Source of the DNA: Nemertoderma westbladi
Taxonomy: Eukaryota; Animalia; Xenacoelomorpha
Length of the DNA stretch: 64,000 nt
Reading direction: 5' to 3'
NCBI GenBank assembly: GCA_032718475.1
Contig: JAUCBJ010008528.1
Span: forward strand, 1-64,000
Shown here: piece after piece, positions 12,834 to 23,699 of the stretch
Position numbering within the stretch: position 1 is the first letter of the stretch
How the letters are laid out: every line of letters begins with the position of its first letter
Notes under the pieces: model-generated
Databases searched by the model: none
Seen by the model: only the letters and a program-made list of their open reading frames with translations
Told to the model about the DNA's origin: nothing
Program-made: the position numbers and the translations under genes

Positions 12834-13397
12834 ATGGATTCCGATTTATTTCAAAGATACAGTAAACCTCAATATGGCGGTGCAGACTCTAATCTTGCTG
12901 TTTTTAAAGGTGGTAGAAGTACGAGAGGCTCGACGCAAGTTCCTGTTTTTCGAGGTGGATCATATATTGACCCTTACGGTCAACAAATTGGTGCATTTGG
13001 TCCAAACTTAAAACAACGTCGATTTCAACGTTATTGCAGAGGTATGCGGACAAATCAACACGGAGAAGGTATATTTACAGACGCTTTATCTATATTGAAA
13101 AAATTTGGAAAGCCATTAGCAAAAAAAGTTTTACAAAAAGCTTTACCATTTACCACAAAATTTATGAGACAATACGTAATACCAAAAGGTAAGCGGGTCT
13201 TACATCAGCAGGCTAATACGGTTATTAATAAAGCATTAAATAAAATGAAACCATCAACAAGATCAGTTGTAGAAAAAGTTTATAGAGATTTAAAGCGACC
13301 GACTAGACCAATGTCTATGAACATACATCATCGTCGTAGTAAAAATAGAAAAATAAAAAAAGGCAAACTGAAACACTGCGAAAAAAGTATTTTTTAA
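12834..13397 (+). CDS. Basic core/pVII-like virion protein with adenain-type GG sites and an amphipathic helix
   Basis: QYGG, VFKGG, VFRGG, QHGEG followed by IFTDALSILKKFGKPLAKKVL; K/R-rich C-terminus; lies directly before MCP. Confidence 0.65.
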   Translation: MDSDLFQRYSKPQYGGADSNLAVFKGGRSTRGSTQVPVFRGGSYIDPYGQQIGAFGPNLKQRRFQRYCRGMRTNQHGEGIFTDALSILKKFGKPLAKKVLQKALPFTTKFMRQYVIPKGKRVLHQQANTVINKALNKMKPSTRSVVEKVYRDLKRPTRPMSMNIHHRRSKNRKIKKGKLKHCEKSIF

Positions 13398-13399
13398 TA

Positions 13400-14662
13400 A
13401 TGTCAATTATTAAGGAATTCGATTTATTTTCTACACAGCCAATACAGACTGAATTTAAAGCAAAGCATTATGAAACAATTTACCCAGTATCTAATCTCAG
13501 AAGCGAGTCTAGGGAAGTCACGTTTCTTGTACCGAGATCCAATGAATTCTATACGTAACTGCAAGATGCGTTATTATTAATTACAAAATGTACTGTACTT
13601 TAGGATAGACGACTTGAAAACTCACATATTTATATGTTGAATTACCCTTCTGGAACTATGTGGAGTGATATTAAAATAGACCTTAATGAGAAGCAGGTTG
13701 AAAATAGCAATAACCATTATTTCTACAAGTCGTACTTATCCAATTTACTATTTACAACATACGAAACAAAAATTGGGCTACTGGGGGCAGGCGGCTTTCG
13801 TCAGCCTTTATCCAAACACGGAAATGAAATTAATCCCGGTGCGCATCCTATTGGTGATGCCTTTAGTAAACAAATGCTATTTGTAAGCGGATTGATGATT
13901 GATTTTGATACTGAAAGTAAAATAATACAACCGGGGTCTGATTTAAGAATGCATTTTAGAAAAGTATCAAATTCGTTTATTTTTAAAATCACTCCAAACG
14001 CAAATGCTGTGACAAATCTTCGGCTAGAATTAGATGAAGTAAAGATCCTAATCCCTAGAATGGAGGTTAATCCAGTAATAGAAAGCAGCCATCTAAAAGG
14101 TTTAGAGAGCTACAATATTGAATATCAATTTCAAAAAAAAGAGGTTACTACATTTACTATTCCTGCTCAAACCACAAATTACACCCAAACAAACATATTT
14201 GATGGTAAAAAACCCAAATTAGTTATTATCGGTTTTATAACAAATAATTCATATTCGGGAGAATTAACTAGTAACCCATTGAAATTTGAACATTTTAACC
14301 TTAAACGCGCGGAGCTGATTGTAGACGGTCTTCCAGTAGGTGGTGTAATATACGAGCCTAATTTTACAGATGGAACATACATTTTTGAGTATACTCAATT
14401 AATGAAGAACATTAATACATATATTAACGGTTATGGAGGTAATAATATAGACCATGAAACCTACTTAGGTAATTGCCCACTCATATCCTGGGACCTAACT
14501 GCCGACGGTTATGTTAGGGATCCCCAACCATCAATATATACTAACGGACAATTAAAATTAAGATTTGCCAAACCGTTGGTTGAGACCATAAATGTAATCG
14601 TTTTTAATATTTATGATCAATCATTAAGTTTAAATAGCAGGAAAGAAATACATATCGATTAA
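13400..14662 (+). pseudogene. Polinton major capsid protein (double jelly-roll, PY), two in-frame stops
   Basis: ATG 13400 (MSIIKEFDLFSTQPIQT) is in frame with ORF 13634; stops at 13556 and 13601; KPKLVIIGF..YSG..NPLKFEHFNL, WDLTAD, QLKLRFAKPL motifs. Confidence 0.88.
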
Positions 14663-14664
14663 GT

Positions 14665-15120
14665 ATGTTATCTACAGAGGACCTTGATATGTTTCCAGTG
14701 GGTGGTCACTATTTGGGGGCGTTTCCATCTAATAAATTACCTAAATTAGATAATAATAAGCGAAGAGACTATGGGTTAATAGTAAATACCGATAAAGCGC
14801 ATCTACCAGGTGTTCATTGGGTGGCTATATATATACGAGATAATGAAGCTGAATTATTTAATTCGTTTGGTCCAAAATATCCAAACAGATGTATTGAAAA
14901 ATGGCTTGAGAAAAATTCAGCAGCAAGGTGGTGTACTACTCGCAGGCAATTTCAAGACCCTAGAAGGACCACATGCGGGTTATACTGTCTTTATTACTTG
15001 GTAAATCAAATTCACATAAACTATCCAATAAGAGCGTTTACAAATAATGTGGAAATAAATGAAATAATATTATATAAATGGCTTGTTAATTATTATAAAA
15101 TAAACCAACAAGCATTGTAA
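14665..15120 (+). CDS. Adenain-like (C5) capsid maturation cysteine protease
   Basis: IVNTD...PGVHWVAIY...FNSFG...FQ....TCGLYCLYYL; the usual FDSFG Asp is Asn here. Confidence 0.9.
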   Translation: MLSTEDLDMFPVGGHYLGAFPSNKLPKLDNNKRRDYGLIVNTDKAHLPGVHWVAIYIRDNEAELFNSFGPKYPNRCIEKWLEKNSAARWCTTRRQFQDPRRTTCGLYCLYYLVNQIHINYPIRAFTNNVEINEIILYKWLVNYYKINQQAL

Positions 15121-15164
15121 TTAATCATTTAACTTTTGTTTATCTAAATATATTATTCGATAAA

Positions 15165-15620
15165 ATGGATAATATTATTTTTGTTGATTTTCAATATTAT
15201 AAGATAGACAATAAGGAATATCCGGTAGTATTTAAAGAATTTGCTATATTCGATTCTAAATACAGTAAAACTAATATAAAGACGTTTTTAATTAAAGGAC
15301 CTCCTGATATTAACTTATCGGCATTAGATGAAGCCCACGTAAACAATTTACGCAATATTACATCGCATTTACCTTGGGATTACGGTGACATTTCGCAAGA
15401 TGACTTTAAAAAGTACATGAAGAGACAATTAAAAAATAAATATAATATATATGTATTCGGGTTGATGAAAGCCGCAATATTAAATACCCAACTTGATGTT
15501 TACGCTCCAAAATCGATGAACAAATTGGGAATATTTCGACTATATTACAATTATTTAACTCCATGCCCCTTCCACGATAAATTAACTACTGTAGAAGATA
15601 AATGTAGTTTTCGATGGTGA
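15165..15620 (+). CDS. Polinton accessory protein, DEDD/DnaQ-exonuclease-like (possibly 3'-truncated)
   Basis: IIFVDFQ..KEFAI..HLPWDYGDI..IYVFG..K and terminal CPFH...C, resembling a recurrent Maverick accessory ORF. Confidence 0.55.
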   Translation: MDNIIFVDFQYYKIDNKEYPVVFKEFAIFDSKYSKTNIKTFLIKGPPDINLSALDEAHVNNLRNITSHLPWDYGDISQDDFKKYMKRQLKNKYNIYVFGLMKAAILNTQLDVYAPKSMNKLGIFRLYYNYLTPCPFHDKLTTVEDKCSFRW

Positions 15621-16110
15621 TAGCTGCTTGAATTACTGCTCAGCGAAAAGGATTGGAGGATGTAACGAAGCGATTAACTGAGACAGGTGATAAACAGAAA
15701 GAAATAACTGCGGTGAATGATGTACAGTAGGTTTACTCTAAGCTTCTAATGTGATGGGATATAATATAATTTTATTTTGGTGATGATCTTGATGTTAATA
15801 TAAAAATATAATAAAATATAATTTTTTTTACAACAAGTTCTCTAAAAAAGAATCAATTGCGCTAGGTAAACCATACACATTTAACAATATGATGTAGACG
15901 TAACATGTACAGTAAGTATTCTCGATATCATTCTAATATAGTTGTACTGGTATTGCAAAACATCCTATACATCGCAAACTAATAACACATACAGTAGTTG
16001 ACTAGTGATATAACTTTAGTAATATTAGTCAGAAATGCAACATAATCTGTATAGGATGTAATGTTAACCTGTTGGTACTGGTACTGTTAAATTCAATAAT
16101 TTATTATAGG

Positions 16111-17012
16111 CCTATCCACAACTGTCATCCACTTTATCAGTACCGGTAGTGTTTTACTCTTCCAACACTGTAGTCGCGGTCTACCGGTATCAGTACAGCA
16201 GTAATCTGATGCAATAGTATTTGTTTTTTTTCACCTATAAGGATACTGCAGTCTACCCGAACCTTGATTAGCATACTGCAGTCATGACCTGGATTGCACG
16301 CATAGGTCTCACATGTAGGGATTAGATCACCTAGCCAAACAATACAGTACTGCAGTACTTTCACTGTTGTTGTAACAGTATAGTCAGATAGAGCATACTG
16401 ATTTCCTTCTATTAGCATTGTACTGCAGTACCGGTACTACAGTATTAATGTAACAGTACCTGCAGTAACAAACTAAGCCAATGTATACAATATCGTGAGC
16501 CAGTTACAATCAGATGTGTGCGCAGTCAGCCATGCTGCAGGGATGCAGTCAATCTCGCAGCCCCTATCCACAACTGTCATCCACTTTATCAGTACCGGTG
16601 GTGTTTTACTCTTCCAACACTGTAGTCGCGGTCTACCGGTATCAGTACAGCAGTAATCTGATGCAATAGCATTTGTTTTTTTTCACCTATAAGGATACTG
16701 CAGTCTACCCGAACCTTGATTAGCATACTGCAGTCATGACCTGGATTGCACGCATGGGTCTCACATACAGGGATTAGATCACCTACACAAACAATACAGT
16801 ACTGCAGTACTTTCACTGTTGTTGTAACAGTATAGTCAGATAGAGAATACTGATTTCCTTCTATTAGCATTGTACTGCAGTACTGGTACTACAGTATTAA
16901 TGTAACAGTACCTGCAGTAACAAACTAAGCCAATGTATACAATATCGTGAGCCAGTTACAATCAGATGTGTGCGCAGTCAGCCACGCTGCTGGGATGCGG
17001 TCAACCTCGCAG
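16111..17012. repeat. 452-bp tandem duplication inside the Polinton
   Basis: cctatccacaactgtcatcc... begins at 16111 and at 16563, with few substitutions. Confidence 0.95.
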
Positions 17013-17152
17013 CTAGTCACGCAGTCAGCCTCGCAGCTACTGTCAGCTAGGCACGCAGTCAGCCTGTGAGAGTCATGCTTATTCAAACGAGGTTAGCTTT
17101 CCCTAACTACCGATAGATCGATTGAAAAATAATAATGTTTAATTTTCACCTT

Positions 17153-17695
17153 CTAATTACCAATATATTCTACACCTAAAGTCACAACACCAAACATTAA
17201 TAAATAATTAACCAGTTTACTAAATATAGGGTAATAAATGTGAAATTTGCTAGGTGAACACATTAAAGTACATTTACCGGTATGAAAGCAGCAAATGACT
17301 ATGGTATTATTTATTCTTATTTTGCAATTATTAAAAATTTCAGGTTCATATATAACTTGAAGTTGTACATTATCAAAGACAACATAAAACCCGGTATTGT
17401 TTATCAATAACCTATAGACTCTAAAAATATAAGTACATAAATTAACAGATTTTAAAATCAAATTAATACTTGTTTTATCAAATATATGCTTTTTTACTTT
17501 TTGGAAATTATACTTACTACCTAATAATGTAATACGACCATTTTTAAATATTAATAATGTGGCACCAAATATCTTATATATAAACTGATTTGGTTTGAGT
17601 ATGTGTTTACCAGATAATTGATTTTTTAATTCTTTCAAATTAATCGCTGACACTTGCTGGCAACTTACATTCTTATTAACTATCTGATAGTTCAT
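17153..17695 (-). CDS. TATA-box-binding protein (TBP)-like protein, ~180 aa, Polinton-encoded
   Basis: Two TBP-like repeats: YQIVNKNVSC..INLKEL..ATLLIFKNGRITLLGS and YEPEIFNNCKIRI..VICCFHTGKCTL; intronless; ATG at 17695. Confidence 0.75.
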   Translation of the reverse strand: MNYQIVNKNVSCQQVSAINLKELKNQLSGKHILKPNQFIYKIFGATLLIFKNGRITLLGSKYNFQKVKKHIFDKTSINLILKSVNLCTYIFRVYRLLINNTGFYVVFDNVQLQVIYEPEIFNNCKIRINNTIVICCFHTGKCTLMCSPSKFHIYYPIFSKLVNYLLMFGVVTLGVEYIGN

Positions 17696-17719
17696 TGTTT
17701 GGCTCCCGATAAATAGGTA

Positions 17720-20700
17720 TATTTTTTTTTTAATTGGTTTTACAACCTTTGTTTGATAGTGACCCCAGGGAAGTGAATGATTTTTATTAACCCAATAAAG
17801 TTTATAGTCAAATGCGCTGAGAGCAAACTTATCTCGTGCTACAGTGTACACTTTGTGTAATTGACTCTGAAATTGATGCGTTTCCTTGGAAATTTCTTCG
17901 TTATCCTTATATGCTCTTAAATAATCTTCGTGGCAAATTTTTTATCCACAACAGCTCTTGTTATTCCTTTCGCTCTACGAATATTTTTGTTATTCCATTC
18001 CAAAATTGAATATAACTTTGGACATAAAAATACTGCTTGTTTAATCTCTCGTGAGCACAACTCGTCTTTACAGTAATAGAGTCTGGATTTATTTTTATCG
18101 CTGTAGAGAGGGTGATCCTTGGGGTAATTAGAGGTATCTAGAATATTATTTTTAATTAAAGCTTTTAAGAAATTACTCTGCGATGTATTATAATAACAAC
18201 CTATTAATGAGTCTGTATCTGATGCTACAATTTCAATTCGGCAGTTTAATTCTTTCTCAATAGGTAGTAATTTATTGTAGTACAGCTCATACATATCAAG
18301 TTTCGCTAAATCCAAGACAGTACTACCTACATAGACTGGTTTATCTAGTGTCACGCTGTCTTTCACTAATAAGTGTCCCAATAAGGAATTGTTATAAATC
18401 ATGAAATTTTCGTGATTTATACGTTTCACCAATTGATCAAATTTTCTTTGGTATTCGCGATACGGAAATTACAGCGATCTCGTATCCTCTCTATTGACTT
18501 ACCGAATAAAGAGTTATTAAGCAGCTTTGCGACAGCTGTTTCAATGTAACTTTTTGCTAGTCGTCTTTGATTAATATTAAAATCTATATAGGGTTTAAAT
18601 ACAAAGTCTTGATGGAAAGAATACAATTTATGGAGCTTAGTAACAATTAAACCTTGTTTTATATAAAATTTTAACAGTTTTAAATTTACATGATAGAATT
18701 CTTTATCGAATTGTGTCAACATAAGTTTTGGTGCACACATCTTATACTTACTATTAGTACCTCTTTGTTTACATACATTATTAAATTGATCTTTCATATA
18801 TGGTGAAAGCATTGTCTCATTTATACTTAAATGTTCTGTGGCTAAGGGTAGTTCTAATGTACGATGATGAATATCTTTGGGATATTTCAAATCGCAAATT
18901 AAGAAAAACCCAATATCTCCTTCAGTATCAAGATTTGTTAAATAGTTTATTAGTTCTTCTGGAGCAGCATTCTCTAAATATGTAACGTTGAGTTGTTCAA
19001 AACCTGAAACAGGTAGCTTTTTACTTAAATTACCCGAATACAAGGAATTAAAATCTATATTGAAAATATGACACTCTTCCTTGCTTGGATCATAATTATC
19101 AGTATCTGGTATATTTGATTCTATGTAATGCTTTCGACAGAATGAAACCCCTCCTCTAATAGATGCTTCAAAATCTCTATATGTTTGGTAATCTTTTATT
19201 AATGCTAACTTACATTTATTGTATTTCAGGGCGCAATCATAAGTGAAAGTTGCGATACTGCAATAATAAACTACTTCTAATTCATAGTGTTGTCTACATA
19301 CTCTCCTAAAGTTCTCAAATATATCAGCGAGGAGACAAACATCGAGTTTTAAGTATGCTAAAAGATAATCCTTGAGATTTGAACAGTCAAACTGACTCCA
19401 TGATGCGTTGGCAAAACTATATTCCTCGGGTGTACAGGTATTTTGTGTTAATTTACTATAAAATTTGTCTATTGATGGTAATTTCGAATCATTGAATTTA
19501 TTTAAATCTGTCAGATACTCGTAGGGAAATATACCTTTTCGTTTAATTGTTGCATTATTTAAATTCGGATAAAAATATTTCATTTGCTGTTCAGTAATTG
19601 GTAGAACTGATGTTATATCCTCGCTGTCTATATCCTTTGTTGAACAATCAACTAAAGTACATAGGGAAAAGGATAAAAATTGATATGTGTCTAAGACACG
19701 TAGCTCGATTATTGTTTTTTGATCTTTCACCGGTATATGCATACTTAGTGAAATATACCTTTCAGAATTTTTAGGGATCACCTTTATATCCCAATCAGAA
19801 TATATGTTATTGGTAAACCCAACTTGTAAAAGAAAATGCAAATCGTAGTGATTGCAGTTGTATGCAGCAAGTATATACATGTGTCGTTTCAACGATAAAG
19901 AGCGGTTACATGCGTTACAAGCGGCTGCTATATAGTTACCAGTAATATGTGAGTGATGTTTGTTTTTCTCAGACTTATCCTTAAATAAAACATTGCAATA
20001 AAAGCAAGTTTTAGCTTTCCAAAAACTTAACTTATCTACATCATTAAGTATCATCTTCTCTCTCGTGTGAGTTTCTGACCACTTATATAATTGGGTGATG
20101 TCATTATATACAGAGTCTAAAAAGTCTTGAATACAGTTGTTGTCGATTGTTTTTGTAAAGGTCTTCAAATAAAATTTTGGTGGATTGATTAATTCGCTAC
20201 TAGGGACAACTAAATAACTTACAGCGCATGGAATATGATTCTGAATAAATTTACTGTTGCTGGCTGGCTCCAGAATAGATTCTATGTCAAAATATATTAC
20301 AAACAATGCTGGTAATGTTCTGTCTAAATTTCTAAAGCTAATGTGAGTTCTTTTTTCAGATGGTAGCTTCTCAACTTGACTTTTTCCTCGATAACAAGCA
20401 AGACGGTGAAATTCTAGAACATCCTTGCTGTAGAAATGAGACAAATACCGTTCACAACATTTCCTACATCTAATATGCTTACCTCTTGTATTCATCAAAC
20501 GATTCAAGTTAGTTATGCAAACATAATGTGATTGTTTACTCGTATTCTTATTTTTTACAAGTAATATATTCAATAACTCTTTATCTGGAGTGATTTTACT
20601 AAATGGTGCCTGTCTTAATATAGATACTCGATTGTTGTCGTAGAGTAATAAATTAATTATATATGCTGAATTCTGTTTTTCAAAAAGTTTAATTGCAAGC

Positions 20701-21689
20701 TGCCATTCTGTTGGATAATCTTTGTTCCCGTTGTCAAAAATAAAATGATTCATGTAATCTGTGTACTGCGAAGTATGGTTTTTGTTTATCTTCACTTTGC
20801 TGCTAAACTTTGTGGCTATAATAGCCCATTTGAAACAGTCATTATCAGTCGTTTGTATATTTATAACACATCGTTTACTCGATAGAGCCTTAGGTAACTC
20901 CATATAACCATGACCTTTATATTCCAGTGACTTAGACTTGGATTCAGCTACTTTAATTTCCACTCTTAATAAAGATTCAACGCGCCACCCTGAGCCACGA
21001 GTGTTAAACATGGCTATTTTTTGCATTAATTTTTCTAGTACATACTCAAACCAAATATAGAAACTTTCATGTGAATCTACGGTATTAACTGCACCACCTG
21101 AAGAACTAAAATAGAAAGTTTCTTCTTGGTCACCCTCTGAAAAATGTGATCGATACATGAGTATATTCACACCTAGCCAGGGTCTAAGTACATTCATTTC
21201 GCTAAGTTTTCCTAATAATAACTTTTCAATATGAGGCAGAATTTTTAGTATCGATGAATGAATATCAGGAAAATCTTCATCATTCGGAAGATTGTAAACA
21301 TAGATTTCTAAACGGTTATCATGTGCGGCTCGTTCGAGGCTAAAAATTGATGGACCTTGACCAGATTTCAGTCTTTTTCTAGATGCGACAGTATTGTTTT
21401 GGTTCCGTCATGGTGGTCTAACATGATAATAACGTTGGTGACAGTCGTGACGTAAATAATTCTCATATAAATACTCTTTATTACAAGTAGGGCAAGTTTT
21501 TTCATACACGCAAAACTTCATTTCTTTACAACCAGTAGTTGATTCATGTCGTTTGTAAATTTCTTCACGTGAACATTTCACTTGACAATTAAAACAATTG
21601 TATTCTTGAAAATGTGATTTCAAGTGAGTTAAATAATTTCGTTTAGAAATTTGAAGAGGACAAAATGGACATTTCAATTGTTTATCCAT
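17720..21689 (-). pseudogene. Protein-primed family B DNA polymerase with N-terminal C2H2 zinc fingers and endonuclease-VII-like insert
   Basis: YFDIES, YNCNHYD, KGIFPYEY, YLKLDV, IRGG, DFNSLY, KLLNNSLFGK, SDTDS, KLYS, RAKG, K.ALSAFD; CFYC..HHSH.TG..AACNACN insert. ZnF ORF 21408-21689 is in frame and separated by one TGA; frameshifts near 18430 and 17940; 3' end approximate. Confidence 0.93.
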
Positions 21690-22244
21690 CTCTTTATTAT
21701 CCTAAAAACAATTTAAAATTAATATGAATATTGTTATATATATAATCAAAAAAAAATTCATAAGCTACTCAACACAAATAAAATATAATATCTAAACTTT
21801 AATTAATTTAATATTTTCAGAATGAGCTCGATTGAATCAGTTGAGCTCTTTATATATATTTCAAGTTTCTACTTATACCAACCAATCATAAATAACAGTT
21901 ACATTGGAAACTAATATCATAAATAAAGTTGCTTTTACAACTGAATTCTTTATAATAAAATCAAGTCTAAACCAAGATGTGCATAATGCGTTTTTAATTT
22001 TCATTGATAAAGTAGGTTTTACATGCTAATGTTTTATTATAATATCAGGTGTAAACTCATGCATTTACATGCGAATGTTTTATACCTAATCCCATGCTCA
22101 CATTAAATATAAACTATCACCAATATTTACTCAATAAAGACACCTTTACATGCAAATACTTTATAATAATCATGCTTTGTGTTAAAAAGTTACCTTTACT
22201 AGTCAGTGTGAAACTGAAAAAAAAAGTCTCTAGTTAATAATAAA

Positions 22245-23288
22245 TCAATCTGATACTGCTTTTATATGTTCCTTATTGTAATCTGCTACCTCTTCACTTG
22301 CTTTTGTAACTTTTCTTTTCTTTGTAGGTATAGAATCATTGTTGGGATTGGAAGATGTTTGAGACGTAGATCTGCGCTTTCTATCACTCGATGTCTCTTC
22401 GATGTATGTCTTTGGATTAAATATGGATGAAACTGTTTCTGGAAATGACTTATTAACCTTAAACTTCCAAGTTGGTTGATATAGAATCGCGAAACCGTCT
22501 GCTATATCAGTTGATGAAACCTTTTCCATCATATCGTTGAGAAACTCTATATGTGGTATGTCTTTATCATAATGTAACTGTAAATATTTGCTTTCCTTGT
22601 CTGTAATAATTACTTTTTTTCCTTGTACATTTATTTTTACTTTAAGTCGGTTAGATAAAGCTTTATTGCTCGTGTCTAGCTCTGAAAAGACACCTTCGTT
22701 ACTAATTTCATAATTCCATTCATACCACAATGAATTTACTTCTGATGCTGTTAAGTTAACCCCATTATAATACCTAAGACCAATAGCATCAGAATATCTA
22801 GCTGAAATCTCCCATAGTCCCATATAAGCCGTTCCTTTATATTTGCTTACAAAACCAACAAAAGATGGGTTGGTTAAATTAACAACAGAATACTGACTTA
22901 TTATTTCGAGTGGTGGTGATAAAAATTCTAATATTTTTGTCTTACTCTGAAGCAATAAATTAATGAGTGATTTGTTTAGAATTTGACATTTGTCTTGCTT
23001 CTGAATATATACGTTTTCAGTAATAACACAGGTGGAAATATTTAAATTTCCTCTTGTAAATTCTATATTAGGATAAATATTACCTCTTGAAACTGATGAT
23101 TCCTTTTGTCGGTTTATTAATATTTCTAAGGTGTCTAGAAGGTAGAGTGTATCCCGGTAAGAGAAGCATGTTGTTACATTGCTATCGCTTGAGTGTAATA
23201 TAAAGTACTTGCCATAAACAATACTACAGGTATATTTATTACATGTAAATTTCCAAGTATTGCTTGAACTTTTTTTAAATAAATCCAT
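22245..23288 (-). CDS. Polinton ORF with PC4/Sub1-like ssDNA-binding domain and C-terminal NLS-like basic patches
   Basis: FVSKYKGTAYMGLWE...NGVNLTASEVNSL resembles PC4 VSVRDFKGK.LIDIRE...KGISL..EQW..L; RKRR and PTKKRK. Confidence 0.55.
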   Translation of the reverse strand: MDLFKKSSSNTWKFTCNKYTCSIVYGKYFILHSSDSNVTTCFSYRDTLYLLDTLEILINRQKESSVSRGNIYPNIEFTRGNLNISTCVITENVYIQKQDKCQILNKSLINLLLQSKTKILEFLSPPLEIISQYSVVNLTNPSFVGFVSKYKGTAYMGLWEISARYSDAIGLRYYNGVNLTASEVNSLWYEWNYEISNEGVFSELDTSNKALSNRLKVKINVQGKKVIITDKESKYLQLHYDKDIPHIEFLNDMMEKVSSTDIADGFAILYQPTWKFKVNKSFPETVSSIFNPKTYIEETSSDRKRRSTSQTSSNPNNDSIPTKKRKVTKASEEVADYNKEHIKAVSD

Positions 23289-23699
23289 AATTAGAATGAA
23301 AACTATTTTGAAAAATAAAAACTAAATAAATGATTATTAGAATGTAAAACTTCGGTTTATATGGTTGCTTTATTACAACAGAATAACTTACAGTGAAGAA
23401 TATAGTAGTTTCGTGTAACAGATGCAACGTGTACAGCTAAAATCATCCTTCTAGGTTAATGGTTAATTTATTACATTAGCGCGAGTTAGAGAGTGAAATA
23501 GCAGTAACGAGTAACAGATGCAACATGAACAATGCTAGTCCTATCATTCTAACTTATATTCAACTTAGTTGACCGACCAGTCACATATATACAACGATAA
23601 AAGAAATCGATTATTATTAATAGTCGAATTAATGTATTCTATGCTATAGTAATTATGTTAAGGAACTAGAAGCTATTTATAAACATCTGCTACCAGTGT

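Noticed and set aside
16137-16870. Pair of 93-aa ORFs as duplicated viral genes
   Set aside because: No recognisable motif, low-complexity host-like DNA; better explained as a non-coding duplication
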